Positions 14,377 to 27,904 of a stretch of DNA of 64,000 nt are shown piece by piece. Position 1 is the first letter of the stretch, and each line of letters starts with the position of its first letter. The notes under the pieces are model-generated. The model worked only from the letters and a program-made list of their open reading frames with translations. It was not told the origin of the DNA and ran no database searches. The DNA comes from Paecilomyces variotii (lineage: Eukaryota), in assembly GCA_004022145.1 (NCBI GenBank), contig RCNU01000002.1. One strand, given 5' to 3'. The position numbers and the translations under genes were made by a program.

Positions 14377-17300
14377 GTTGCTTCGCTCCTGAGAGTGGAT
14401 GGAGCGAAGGGCCCTGTATTCATCTCCGTTAACAGGTTGTATGGTTAGATAAGGGATACTGTAGTCACTCACGGCAGTGAACAACGGCGCGCAACACCGC
14501 CGGCAATCATATCCATGTTTTCAAACATCGTAATGGTTCAAGGTCGATGCGTAGGAGCAACGTATGTGCAAGGAGCGAGTACAGATAGCGTTTGGTCTGT
14601 AGGTGGGGATTGACAGATATGTATATAAACAACTTTACTGTACAGACATAGAGTGGGTTCGTAGCGCGGTAGAGAATGACCAAGTAGAAAAACCTGAGCG
14701 AACGTGTCCAGCAGAAAGAGACAGACTCATGGGGGAACTCGAACGCAATATATGTTTCCAATCTGTAAACGAACTATCAGGGACCCGGGCACTTGTTTCG
14801 GGCTGGGACGATGCTATCTGCATGAACGCCGGGGCCAGCCTCTCTGGGATCCAAGACGTATCACCTGCGGGATCTGCGGAAGGCTTGACAAGGTAACAGA
14901 TCATAGTAGCGATCAATGTGCAAAGTTAAGTGTGTCCGGCACTGCTATCCACACATCCATGAGGGCGGGGAATCGAGAAGCAAAGCCGCAGAGTTCGGCC
15001 AGCCCCAGTCACTAGTGGTACAGTGTGGGATCCCTTCACAGACTGGCAGAAATTAGAAAGGAAGATCCGCCAATGAAGGCATTGCGTGCTTGATCTACTT
15101 CTGAAAACATGGCCATTGAATAATATGATTGGTGACCGGCTTCACGGGTTCCCGGCCAAAGGTATAGATTCCCCTTGCATCAATAGTCTTTCGGGTGCAT
15201 GGAGATCGCGCACAGGGTACCAGAACGAGGTCATGATCGTGTCTCAGATCTCCAGGCGCTTTTTGTCATCACCCGCAATGGCCCCGGAAACGCTCGTATG
15301 TCGCCTGTGTGGCGACCCCGTCCTGCCGCTAGACGCCATTTCCAGTATAGAGACGGCGTGGCCCCGGCACCTTCACGACCAGAAAAGGATAAGATAACCA
15401 GTCTCTCGCAGAGGCTCTGAAGAAAATTAATAGACAGAAGAGGCGGTGCTCAGCAGTGGCGGTGCAGTTGGCAGCACATTAATCCAATAATCATAGATTA
15501 TTATAATGTTACCAGTGGGAAGAGTGGGTAGCGACCTCAGCACGATGGTACAGTACTATAGAGAGCCCCGATCTTCTCCGTCAGTTGTGCTTGGGTCAGA
15601 TCTCCGCTTCCAAATCATTATGTAGGTGCTTTATGTTGGCGCACATCTTTCTCCCTCTTAGTTCGATATGGAAGTCATCTTGTTCCCCCCCAGGGCGTGT
15701 GTCCCAATTGAACTACCTAGTTAGTCGACTGCTATCTGAGAGGGGTTTGAGGAAAGGGGAAACGAGCAGTGAGAGATCACACCGTCGCTGCTGCTAGGAG
15801 GTGAGGGCAGTACGAGGCACCAAGGTCTACCGGCAGCACATGGTCAACATCCGTATGTAAGGCATGACTGACATGCAACAATCAAGAGCATTGTCTTCAT
15901 CGATAGCGGCCCGGGTTTGACGTCGGCGGGGCCGGACCCAACACTCAGGGTCCCAGGGACCTGGGCTTGACCAGCTAGCGGGTGAGAGCAGCGCAAAAGA
16001 ATCGCTAGTCAGCTCGAACTGGGGCGGAAGGGAGAGCCAATTCAGCCAAAGATCGTGCAACACTGCGAGTGCGGACTCTGGCGGGGGAGGGGGTAAGCGA
16101 AGCCTGTTTGTCCACGGGATTTGTAAATAATGCGCGGCTCACTAGTAACGCCGCACGTCCAGATAAGAGCTGTCATATTCTTCCATCGCCTGCTGCTCCC
16201 TCCAGATCTTGCTCCCCTCCAGCAGGACCAAGATAGACCCACGTTCTCTCACGCCACGACCTGCAGGGGGTGAAAGGGTCTTCCTCAGACTCGATCTCGT
16301 TTCTGCCAGAATCTGCCCGGGGTTGGCCCCAGCCGTCTGGATCACTAAGGGAAGCTGAGATAATGATCAGTCCAGCCACACGGTCGTCTGCGCCCAATTG
16401 CACAACTCTTTTCTCACTGTAGCCGTGTGCGGCTTCAGATAGCACGACTCGCTGGTGTCAGCGGATGGCGGCCCGGAGGACTCTTAAGAGTCTAAATTGT
16501 CCGAGAGCCGTCCGGACCCTGCAAGACAGAGCCTGCTCGTGGGCTAACTGACTGCTCAATGCAATCGAACTGAGCCTGCTTCTTAGACCAGATATAGCAC
16601 ACGACGGAACCGCATGGCAACTCCACCGGTGCATCGTACTCGCCAAAGTTGGAAGTTGGCAGTTCGCCTACTCGTATTCCATTATTGATGAAGAGTAGTA
16701 AGTAGACTTGCGGTTGGACTCTGGCAGTATCTGAGAGCGATGCAGACAACTTCTGGTGGTCAACCTTCTCCCATTGAATACACAGGAAAGACACGAGGGC
16801 TGCTCGTGCTGTTTTATGAGGCACCCTGCGAAGAAGGGGTTTGGGAACCGGTACAAGGACCGTTGTGTAGCAAGCTCATTCTCGCGTACCTGGCATAATG
16901 TCGCCCTCCAGGCACGATCTCTCAGACGCAAGGTCCACCGTAGGGATGGAGTCATGGACTGAGGAACACGAGTAGGGCCATGTTCGCCAGTCCCCGAATC
17001 CCCGAAAGGGCCTCGGACTCTCCTGCATAATTAAGCCGCCTTGGTCAATGACAAATTGTGGAAAGGGTGGCTTTAGAGAACTCAGGAGTAAGTTGGCGGA
17101 TCTGACACGATCGCCCTTCGGGCCTCGCGGGGCACGGGCCGTGACGTCTGTCAGATCCAGACTGACGGAGATGCCCGTGACCGCAGAGTAGTATCATTGT
17201 TATATTATTATTATGCCAACAAGAACCGTCACCACTCAGGATTAGCGATACTAATTGGTATCTATGGTGGAAAGAACCAAGGAAGCCTCTATGTTATCTA

Positions 17301-17948
17301 TAAGCAAGTAGACAAACTAGTCGGCCAGATATACAATGATCCCAGATAGACCATGCCTTTTACTCTTGCCTCCTCGAAACAAGAGTAAAATTGCCAATAC
17401 GGCGAGAGTGCCGGAGCATCTTTACAGTGTGAAGGGGCGAACAAGCTCGTGGCAGGTTGACAGCATTAGGGGGGTATCCGACATGCAAGGATCCGATATT
17501 TAACAGTCAAGGCTGGATTAGGAAATAAACTAGCTATACACACTACGAACTGAAAAGGAACGTCGATTAATGTGAGAGGATTGCGCAATATAACCGCACC
17601 CCTGCCTTCTGATTACTGCCCTTATCACGCATAAAAAACCCCATTACCTCGAACCGGACTGGGTGCCATGTCTTTCCATCATCACTATCTAGCCCGGCGC
17701 GTGACTGCGAAGTCACCCACCCGCGACCCCAATAGCGTGACATCTGCCATTCAGCCGAACCTCAACCCCAGTTCTTGGACACGTTTGCTTGTAACATAGG
17801 GATGGAAGAAACCCAATGGTTGAATTTGCGCTCAAAAACACTTGATTATTATCATGAGAACAGGGATGATAAAAACAGATATGGAACGGTTCCTTATTAG
17901 GGTAGCTCTACAGGACCTTGAGAAAGAAAGCATGCAAGGCTACTGCAT

Positions 17949-19301
17949 TTACAGCAGAGCCTGGAGCATGGCACCGAAAGCAGCAATGAGGGCAACAGCG
18001 GGGACGTTGATGTCAACGAGGCTGGCAGCAGACTTGGCGGTAGAGGAGGAAGAGGAACTAGAGCTGGTACCAGAGCTGGTGCCAGAGGAGCCGTCGGAGG
18101 TGGTGGGGTCAGGAGTGGAAGACTTGCAGGTGAAAGAACCACGGACGGTGGACTTGATGTCCTGGAAGTCGGAGCAAGAGAAGTTACCAGTGGACTGCAT
18201 GTTGAAACCACCCTTGACCTGCTTCAGAGCGGGGAGATCGACCCTGAGAAAATGATGTTAGTTATTGTGCTTTATATACACGCAGGACGCAGGAACCACT
18301 CACTTGTTGAACTCTCCAGTGAAGTCCAGAGCACCAGTAATGGTCTGCAGCTTCTGGAAGCCGGTGATGTCCTCGAGATCATCGTTCTTGCTGATGGTGA
18401 AACCACCGTTGACCGTGGTCAGCTGGGGCATGGAGAGGTTGGACAGCTTGCCGTTGTTGTCGAAAACCAGGTCACCAGTGCTGGTCAGGTTGGCCGCGGA
18501 GAACTCCTTGAAGGTGTTGCCGAACAGACCGAGCTGGCCGGACAGCTCCTTGAGCGAGGGAATAGAGAGACTGCTAGCATTGCGGATGGTGATGTTCTGA
18601 GCACCGCCGAGGTTGGGCAGAGTAACCTTCAGAGAAGGAGCGTTGGCGGCAATGTTCAGGAGACCAGTGACATTCTTCAGGTCGTTGACGTTGATGGTGT
18701 CCATGGCAGTGTTGGCAGTGATGTCGAAGTTACCAACACTGTCGAGAGTGATACCGTTCAGGCTGGTCAGACCAGTGTTGGTGATGGAGACCGATCCGGC
18801 CTTGCTGACACCCTTAGTGAAAGAGAGCGCCTGGAGGTTAGGCAGAGCAGCCCAGTCGATAGAACCGACGGAAGTCAGAGAGCCGAAGCTGAGGTCGGTC
18901 AGAATGATCAGTCCCTCGAGCTTGAAGGTGTCTCCGATAGACGTGAGCTCGGGAGCAGACAGGGAGGTGAGGTTGGCGGCTCCGTTGGCGGAGAGACTAC
19001 CAGTGATCTGCTCGACACCGTCCAGAGAGATACCACCGGTGGTGTGCTCAGCGATAACGATGTCACCCTTGACGGTCGAGCAGCTGCTCAGAGCTGAAGC
19101 ATCTCCCTGGTTCTGGATGGTGATGGGGTCGGACGAGCCATCGCAAGCATCAGAAACTACAACCAGTCAGTCCGGCAAATTCTTTCAATCGATTGTTGTC
19201 CGGCTCGCTGTTCGCGTCAAGACGGGTTCTGGCGAGTTCTCACCTGCGAAAGCAGTCGAGGCCGCAGCCAGGGCGGGCAGAATGTACTTGGTAACAACCA
19301 T
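17949..19301 (-). CDS. ecm33: GPI-anchored cell-wall protein Ecm33 (Sps2/Pst1 family)
   Basis: Three coding exons (19301-19244, 19156-18304, 18243-17949). Signal peptide MVVTKYILPALAAASTAFA, receptor-L-like repeats (LxxVxGxF), Ser/Thr linker and hydrophobic GPI tail. Confidence 0.92.
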
Positions 19302-22300
19302 TTTGTCTAAACAATGATGGTTGCGATTCAGTTAGTTGAATGCTCGTAGAAACGAGAGACGACAGCGAGAGACAAAGTAAAGTTGGCCAAGGTTGTTGTT
19401 GACAAAAGGCACGTTCCGGCGGCCACGTCGACAGCAGCCACAACAAACACAGGGGCAAAACGAAGGACAAGCTTTTTTTGCCCGACTCGAGGACTCACCT
19501 AAGGTCCGTTATTAAAAGGTGATATGGAGTATGGACTGGCAATCGATAATATGCCCGTCGTTAATTTAATGCGTAACAGGGTGTTTCAGAAAAGAGGATG
19601 CTGGGGCGCGGCTGGTGGTTGGTGCGAAAAGAAAAAGGGAATCTGAACGAGTGGAAGAAGAAAGCTTCGAACGAAGGAGAAGCTGTGGCTGGCGTTCCTG
19701 CAACGAAGGAATAGCACCAATTGGGCAAGTGCGTTCTCTCTAACGACGTTGAATGGGAAAGAAAAGAAGGAAAAGGAAGAGAGGTTTCTGGGCAACGAGA
19801 GGGACGAGGAGGTCTTTCACTGCGAGACGAGGAGGCGGAAAGGAGGCGTGTGCGAAATTGGGGGTGTTTGGCAGCCGGCAGCGAGCCTGCTGCCCCTCTG
19901 GGTCTCGGGGGGGAGGATGGAGTCATGGACAAGGAGCAGGACTGGGCAGCAGGCGGGGGCCATGCTTGTCTGGCCACTCAACGCTCAGCAGCCATGGGCC
20001 CCCCTGTGCCGGGGAATCTGGCGCCGTCCTCCTATGGTATGAACCGTTCCAGCTAGCGCTCCACCCACCGACACAACCTGTGCGCTGATTCGCCAATGCG
20101 GCCTCCCATTGCTCCTCTGAGTTGCTATCGAGCCACTCACCACGCGCAGTCCCAGACAGGATGGGTCATGCCCCTGTTTCTCAAACCAAACCATGTCAGC
20201 CATGTATGTTGGTCCTCGTCGGCTCATGCTACTGTATGGTATTATTATTACTATTATGGTACTCTCTACGCACGCGTCGGACGCCCAGCCGTCATACTAT
20301 TATTATTATTATTATTATCACCCTGATGCCCAGCCGCGCGGACCTCTTCTTTTGATTTCCATCGACGGTTATCGACCGATCCTGATGATCGGATCGCCCA
20401 TTATTTGCCGCCTCTTGGTGCTTGTTGTGACGGTGATCCAGCCCGACGTCCCCACGGAGAAGAAAAAGGAGGGAGAAATGATGACGCCCAGCTCTGGTTT
20501 GCCGCTTGGTGGGCGATCAGATTGTCCCCTGGAATCCAGGCCCACTGACTTACCGTTATCGACAATGATGTACGACTGCGAAATTGCAGCCCTGTGCTCT
20601 CCAAACAACTTGCGCCATAGCTTATCATCCCGTGGTGGTATTCTCATCTTTCCCATCGATCCAAACTGACAGGCAAACTACTCGAGTACCATGCATAGAT
20701 AACGTATTGATTCTCCATTCCCCATGATTCCGCTAAACAAATCACACAATCTGATTTTTCCTTTTTTTTGTTTTTTTTACCTTCTGTCTCTGCCACGGTT
20801 GCGGCACACAGACTGCTTGCGTCATCCCCTGATGCCCGTCTCCGAGTACTGGAATTCGCGGTCTGGTCAGGAAAATAGGATGTCAATTTTTAGCCTACGC
20901 CCCCGTCTGATTGACTTTGGCCGCGCCCCCAGTCGACCAAGACCAAACTAGGCACTAGTGTAAAGATGTATCCAAAACTGCGGTTCAGATCCTCGCGGGA
21001 TTCTCTATTATTTTGTTGTGATCGCGCCCCGTAATTATTTATGATTATTTCTTGTTCTTGTCAATGGTGATCATCCCGAGATGATTATCATGATGCACAC
21101 AGTGCCAAGAGAAAAAAAAAAAAACAGCTCCGAACGAGTCAACAGTTGCCACTGGATCAACAAGGTCAAAGGGGACAAACCCTCTTTAGAAAGAACAGAA
21201 ACGACCAGATACGCTTAGATCAGCTATTGAACTGTTAAAATGAGGGTAGTGCGTGATTGCATGTCTATTCTAATTTCTGGCTGGCCTTCTACATAGATCC
21301 ATTGCGCCTCGGCAGTTCAATCTTAATATCGCTTAGCGAAATTATAGATCTGAAGTCGCTGCTCTCGTGTCTCCATACATCGTCCAAGACAAACCGGTTT
21401 TCCTCGTGCCGGCTAATACTCGACTTGCAGGCTTCCAGCAAGGCTTGTCTGCAGACGGGACTGAGGCCCGTTTCAACCGACCGGGGTTATGGACGCTAAA
21501 GAATTTCGCCCATAATCCCGGCCGTACCGGACTCCTACGCTATAGTATGCATAGACATGTGTAAGGACTGTGCAGGTTCAAAAATGATAAAATGGATGCG
21601 TCCAGAATCGAGAACTCTTAGTAGTGACGGGCTATTATTATCATGATGTACCGTCTATACCGTCTATCTACTCTTCTGTACGGGGGCACCGGACCTTGCA
21701 AGCTATTGTTTCCTGATATAAATTCCGGCGATTGTCTCACGATTTTGATAGCATCAGACTTCAGGCATCCGGACTGTTTACTCGGGCGCTACCCGAATTC
21801 CTTTGTGGGACAGGGGGTTAAGGATATTTCTGCGTCCAAGGAGGGTTTTGGTTCTAGAAGTAACCAGCCAATGTCTACTTTTCCTCGGGTGCGACACAAT
21901 ACCATAATTAACTAAGACGCTCCCCCCACCATCGAACAACAAGCCAAGCTGTCGCGGGCTTTTATAAGTTAGTGGGTATTCTGATATTATCCAAACAACG
22001 CACGTTGTTCTAGGCGTGGTGGCAAAAGTGGCTGCGACATTGCACGAGGGGTCCATACCAGCCATTATTATTATTATTATTACCCTAGCAACATCGAGAG
22101 GGGAGTCGAGACTATTTGAATCCGCATTGTTCGAGATATCGCCATTATAATTACATGATACGAGCTGCATGTCAAGTCTGCAGTCTTGAGCTTTGCATAA
22201 GAAAGATCAACCCGCCGTGGTTTTTATAAATGATTATCATCACTGTGCATACCTAGTGAACTATGGTACTTTGACAGCGGGTATCGCAATCACATACCTC

Positions 22301-24531
22301 TCTCTAATTGCCACAGGGAGAAATGATCACGAGAACAGAAAGGGATATGAAATGCCTCACTTGTTCTATAACTAAATAAATAATGTCAGCGTCAACAACA
22401 AAGTCTCCCTTGCTTCTGCTTATCAAGAAGAAATAAGTGTCAAGAAGATCCTTCTACTTATCGAACCTGTTCCATTGGCTACATAAAACGACGCATGCGC
22501 GTAGCAGCACTTTACACTACTACCGCTCGCATTGCAACCCACTGATTTATGATCTTCTGCGAATAAAAACCTCAAATCATAGAAATCCACTGCCCATAAT
22601 ACATAATATCATATGATTTTGGGGACACCTTCCGGATGCAGATGTTTAGTGTCAACCTACATCATGCGCATATATATATATTTTCCGATAAACTCGTGTG
22701 GCGGTGAACTGTTAAGAAAACTAGCGGGGAATCGGATGATGGTCCCAGCAAGAGAATAACAGGGTGCCAATTGAACGATACTGTTGCAGGACCATGGGTG
22801 TGGTTGCTATTAATAATGGCTCAGCTCAGTAGGTTGTCCCATTCTTCGCCCAGTTACCGTTCCCGAGGAACATGAGGGGCGGACCGATGCAAGATGCCAT
22901 GAGATTTCGATGAAGATTACTAGGGTACCAAGAAAAAGCAAGCAAGAAAGAAAGAAAGAGAGAAGGAAAAAGGAAAAAGAAACCTGCAAAGCGCGTGGCC
23001 TATTCTCTTCTAGAATAAGTATCTGAATCGCCTTCATTCAGCCTACATCACTGGTGCTGTACCTATCGACGTCTCAGAAAAAGGCAGAGTTAACAGTCAA
23101 ACGTCATGTTACAACTTCGAGCTGGAAGATTGAAAAGCACGTCCTCAATGTCTACTACTACAGGCACAGATATTTATAAGGCGGTTTTATAATCCGTTCA
23201 CAACTTCTGCGTTACATCATCTGCCCATCCTTGACATCCTTGTTCGTATTGGCGCTTGAAAAAGGATATCCGATTTTAAGTTTACTTTTATCCATATCGG
23301 CCTGGGGTAGGCGGTTTACCACTAGATCAGCGAAAGGCACAAGTGAATTGACCTGCCAATCAGCCCTATTCCCAGACTATATAGCCAAGGTGGAAAGAGG
23401 TGGTGATGGTTCATGGTGGTCCAACCCGAGAAAAGAAAGACCTCTCTGATCAATCAACATATGCCTCCGCCTGTTGTGTGTTCCCTCAATCAGTTTTCGG
23501 TTGCCGGTGTTTGAGTAACCGATCGCGTTGTCGCTTACCAGTCTCTATACGATCTGATCTTATCAGAGACCATCGTCTATTGTATCGTTAGAAAGTCGAT
23601 CTGAGACTCTATAGATTTCCCTGGAGATTCTATTTAGAAGTGGATGGATAAGTCATAGGGAGCTTACGCAGTAACAGAAAATGCGGAGTTTCCAACAATC
23701 AGCCAAAGAGCTGTTGCTATTCTTAGGTTCGCTCCGACTCTTTGCTTCGTCGATTTTGTCTAAATGGCGACGCTAGGAATCGAAATCCGGAGCGACAGCT
23801 CCTCAGGATGAAGAGAATATTATCGAAACCAAGCGGGACCGACATAGTGAGAATGACAGAGGTTGAATAATAATTAAATGATATGGGAGATGTCATATTA
23901 CTTTAAAGAAAAGTCTGGGGATTCACAAGGTTGATATAGATGGTTTTAATGAGGGAGGCTATGCTAAGGAATAGAGGGCTGTGCTTAATTGCTTCATATT
24001 GGTGATTTTTCAGGGGGAGCCGGCTCCAATCATACGAGGACATCGAGTTACGCGAATTTCCTTGATACTTAGAATCCCCAGGCCTTGAGTGAGTTAAGAT
24101 TATCTATTTATCACTGCTTACCACGTTAGAGATGGGAAGTCTGTAACCACTGGGAAGTCATGGTCCCGTGCCCAGGTGTCACTCTTCGCGACCGGAGAAG
24201 CCAAGCCTGGGGACGGGTCACGAGTCTCGTATCGTTACTGGGCAATTCTTTGCTCATGTAAGCAGCTCTAGACATCAAGATCCGACGTGCTGTAATGGAC
24301 GTTGATAACTATGTCTATCTAGTGTACCATGAGAGGAGAGCGTGCAGTGCATTGACGATAGGAGCTGAGATCTCTCGCAGTATGAGGTCATAAGTCGCGC
24401 AATATCGTCCACTTCACATTTCGAGTACAGCTACATTTGTAACATTCAAAGTGGCTGTCGGACTCCTTTTTGCCTATGCTCATGCTTTCCGACCCGTCGT
24501 CCCTATAGCGTCGTTTTCATCATTTGTTAGG

Positions 24532-25807
24532 ATGGCTCCAAGGCGCTCAGCTCGATTGCTTGCTGCTGGTGGACTAGAGTCAGCAACAGCCCAACCGTCG
24601 TCAAATGCCACCAAAGTGAAGAGTGGTAAGGTCCAGAGCAATGGGGTCAGCAAAGCACGAAAGACAGCCCCGAAGGCAGGAAAGAAGAAAACGACGGCCA
24701 CATCTGAAACTACAGATGCATATGCGGCTATTTTTGGAGCATCAGATCTAAAGACCAGAACGAAGGATGCTGCCTCGTCTACAAACGGCACAGCTAAACT
24801 GGAGTCCACACCACCGCCTCTTGACCGTCCTGTTGACCCTCATAGAACAAATGCAGCTCTCCTCACGCCACATGGGTCATCATTGGTGGCATATCAACCA
24901 GGAGCAGAAGACGTTTCTCCCAGCAAGACTGGTCTGCCACGTCCGACGGCAACGACTGGGAATCTCCTAGAAAAAGCAGTTGATCACTTAATTTCCATAG
25001 AGCCGCGGTTGAAGCCTCTTATAGACAAGCACCCTTGTCATATGTTTTCGCCCGAGGGACTGGCGGAGTCGATCGACCCGTTTCAGAGTCTAGCCAGTAG
25101 CATCATTTCGCAACAGGTATCTGGTGCAGCTGCTAAATCAATCAAGAACAAGTTCGTTTCTCTATTCAACGACGATGTGGAAGACGAAGTCTTGCGAACG
25201 CTGCGGTTTCCAACCCCAGAAGAAGTCGCCAGGTGCGACATTGCCACCCTTCGGACAGCGGGTCTGTCACAGCGAAAAGCTGAGTACATCCAAGGCTTGG
25301 CGGAGAAATTTGCGACTGGCGAGTTGAGCGCGCAGATATTGCTAAAGGCCTCTGATGAGGAGCTTGTTGAGAAGCTCGTGGCTGTCCGCGGGTTGGGTAA
25401 GTGGAGCGTCGAGATGTTCGCTCTCTTTGGTCTGAAACGGACTGATGTCTTCTCGACCACTGATCTGGGTGTACAGTAAGTGATTTCCCCGATCAAGTCT
25501 TCTTGCCTCATGACTTTCGCTCTGACCTGAACCTATTCTAACACTATGCATAGGAGAGGCTGCGCTGCCTTCGTAGGCCGAGACGTGAGCAAGTTGAAAG
25601 CCAAGGGAGGTGGGAAGTATAAATATATGTCTGAGAAGGACATGCTGGAATTGGCGGCTAAGTTTTCCCCGTATAGGTAAGTTGAGTAAACCAATCAGTC
25701 TAAAACTGGCAATCTCTAAAAACACACGCACTAATACGGAGTTCAGGAGTTTATTTATGTGGTATATGTGGCGCGTCGAAGAGGTCAACGTAGAAGCCTT
25801 GGGATAG
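24532..25807 (+). CDS. mag1: DNA-3-methyladenine glycosylase (HhH-GPD superfamily)
   Basis: Motifs IISQQVSGAAA, GLSQRKAEY, HhH LVAVRGLGKWSVEM and DLGVQRG. Introns at 25476-25553 and 25677-25746. Confidence 0.9.
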
Positions 25808-26383
25808 ATGAAAGAGGGCGAACCCATTAGACACAGACGCCGAGTTGGGTCATTGGAAGCGTGTTTCACACATCTGATACAAAGTGGTCGCACTTGTAGA
25901 ATACGGGCGGTATGATGTATATACTTTTCTGAATGCTATATCTGACAGGGTTTGACCAGCCGGCCGGATTGCTTGTTTCTAGTTAGGTCGGCTTTTTGGA
26001 GACATAGCAACGGAATGCTTGACACGTATATTGGTTAGTGATATCACGCTGGGTGCAATTGAAGAGCCTTCGTAGGCTTAGTTAGCTTGGGGTCATTTTT
26101 GGACGGTTTGCCTAGACGAGAGAAATAGTGACGATTTGGTTCCTGGTGGCCCTCCACAAGCGGGATCAGTTTCGACAGTGACAATTGTCAAGAGAAAGCA
26201 GTTCTAAACAAATGAGACGATGACATGATATTGATTTGTACAATACGGGTACATGGTTTGAAGAATGCAGGACAGGGCTGGGTCGCTCAGCATTGCACGA
26301 TCAGTGCAAAGCCAAGCAGACCAATCTAAAAAGCAGCTGTCCATTCATTCACATTGCGCACTCCCCTTTACAACTCTATCCTC

Positions 26384-27194
26384 CTAATTCCGCTTCACAA
26401 TGATGCTGTCCAGCTCCTCACGCTCAGCCTGCTCCTTCTCGACCTCGCGGATAATGGGGCTGAGGTACTCGACATCCTGTAATTTCAGAACAATTAGCAT
26501 CGGATTGTCATAAAATAGCTTCCCCATCAACGTAGTATCGTCCCCGTGCGCGTTGTTCGAGAAATGCTGGTTATAGCCGGGGTTTGAAATTCGTGCAACG
26601 GGATTGGTCGGTGGGCCAGAAGACATGTTGGAGCTACGGGGGAACTGATAAAGTTGAAATTTCTCACCTCCTCGGGCTTGGTCTGCTCAGCAGCGGGGAG
26701 AAGCTGGTGGGAAAGGGACAACTGTATGGAAAGAGTCCATGGTCAGCGGCGATTGCAGGTTATGATAATCAGGATATCTCAACGAACCTGGAACGCTCTG
26801 CGGAGACGGAAGACACGGTCGTAGGCCTCCTTGGGGGGCAGACGCTTGATGGCAGTCTGGACGGATTCGCTCTCCTCGGGGATCAAGTCATCGAATCTGA
26901 AGCAATCAGTGTCGGGCCCTTAAGAGGGAAGAGAACGTCGCAAAGGATTCGGGATTGAATGGATGTCGAGAGCAGCGGAACGGTACCAATTGGACATGCT
27001 CCTGCTGGCACCATTGCATCTGCTGCCTCGAGCACCGAACAATCCTGTCTGTTGATCCGGGGAACCAAGGGGAGCTACCTCAATCCGAGTCTCCTGTAGC
27101 CGGCGGCGTTGGTGTACCACTCCGCGATGGGCATCAGGAAGCGGGTCAGCGCAGGGCGCTTGACGATGTAGTTGGCGAGAGAAGGCGCAGACAT
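26384..27194 (-). CDS. qcr7: Cytochrome bc1 complex subunit 7 (14 kDa)
   Basis: Four exons (27194-27079, 26896-26788, 26721-26668, 26476-26384). Protein MSAPSL...AGYRRLGLRFDDLIPEE...KRLPPKEAYDRVFRLRRAFQLSLSHQLLP...DVEYLSP. Confidence 0.95.
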
Positions 27195-27904
27195 GGTGAT
27201 AGATGTCACGCGATGGCGTATCAATCCAATTGAGCACCTGGTGGTTGGGGTGGAGAGGCAGAAGAATCGCGGGAAGGGTCAGCCAGACTGGAGATCAAGA
27301 TGACCCGACGACGTTGGCGGTTGTGCAAAACGAAAGCCCGGCCGGACGGCTTCCCAAAACGGAATCTGGATGCCCGAGGCATCAACACGTGACGGGTGCG
27401 CCGAGCGGAGCCGCAGTCGGGATTTCGGACCAAGTCGGTGCCTGAGGCTGCCAACACGGATTTCTCCACTTGTACTGCCGACAGTCTGCGCTCATCCCGC
27501 CTACATCATCCTGCTTCCTGCTCACTTCTCACACTCGACGGCTTCTCGGATTGCACTTCGACCACCCTGTTGTCATCTTGGGGGAATGAGTTCTTTCAAT
27601 TGCTGATCTGGCCTGCTCCATCGTGGAGCTGTATACTGAAAGGAACCCCGCACGACGTTATCTGATTTCGGGGTAGACACATACAGGTCACACGCACATT
27701 TACTCGACGTCCCAGGTTTCGCAGATCGAATCGTCGCCTCAATCAGCTGATCCGTCATCCTGTGAATACTACGACTGGGGAATCTTTCTACTCCTGTCAG
27801 CGAGGGTTAGGTGTTGGGTTCCGGGTCGAGCACCGCTATGCTCGGGTCCGTGAGCCCCCGGTGACCAAGACGGACAAAGAACTCGCAGGAGACCTGGTAC
27901 AACA

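Noticed and set aside
17355-17363. GCCTTTTAC, the U5 snRNA loop-1 sequence
   Set aside because: The flanks cannot form the required stem and no Sm site is evident.
18252-19317. Long + strand ORFs (281 and 234 aa) over ecm33
   Set aside because: Antisense shadows caused by the strong codon bias of ecm33; no recognisable motifs.
24289-24298. GCTGTAATGG, resembling the fungal SRP RNA 5' motif
   Set aside because: No helix-8 motif or poly-T terminator downstream, and the RNA would overlap mag1.
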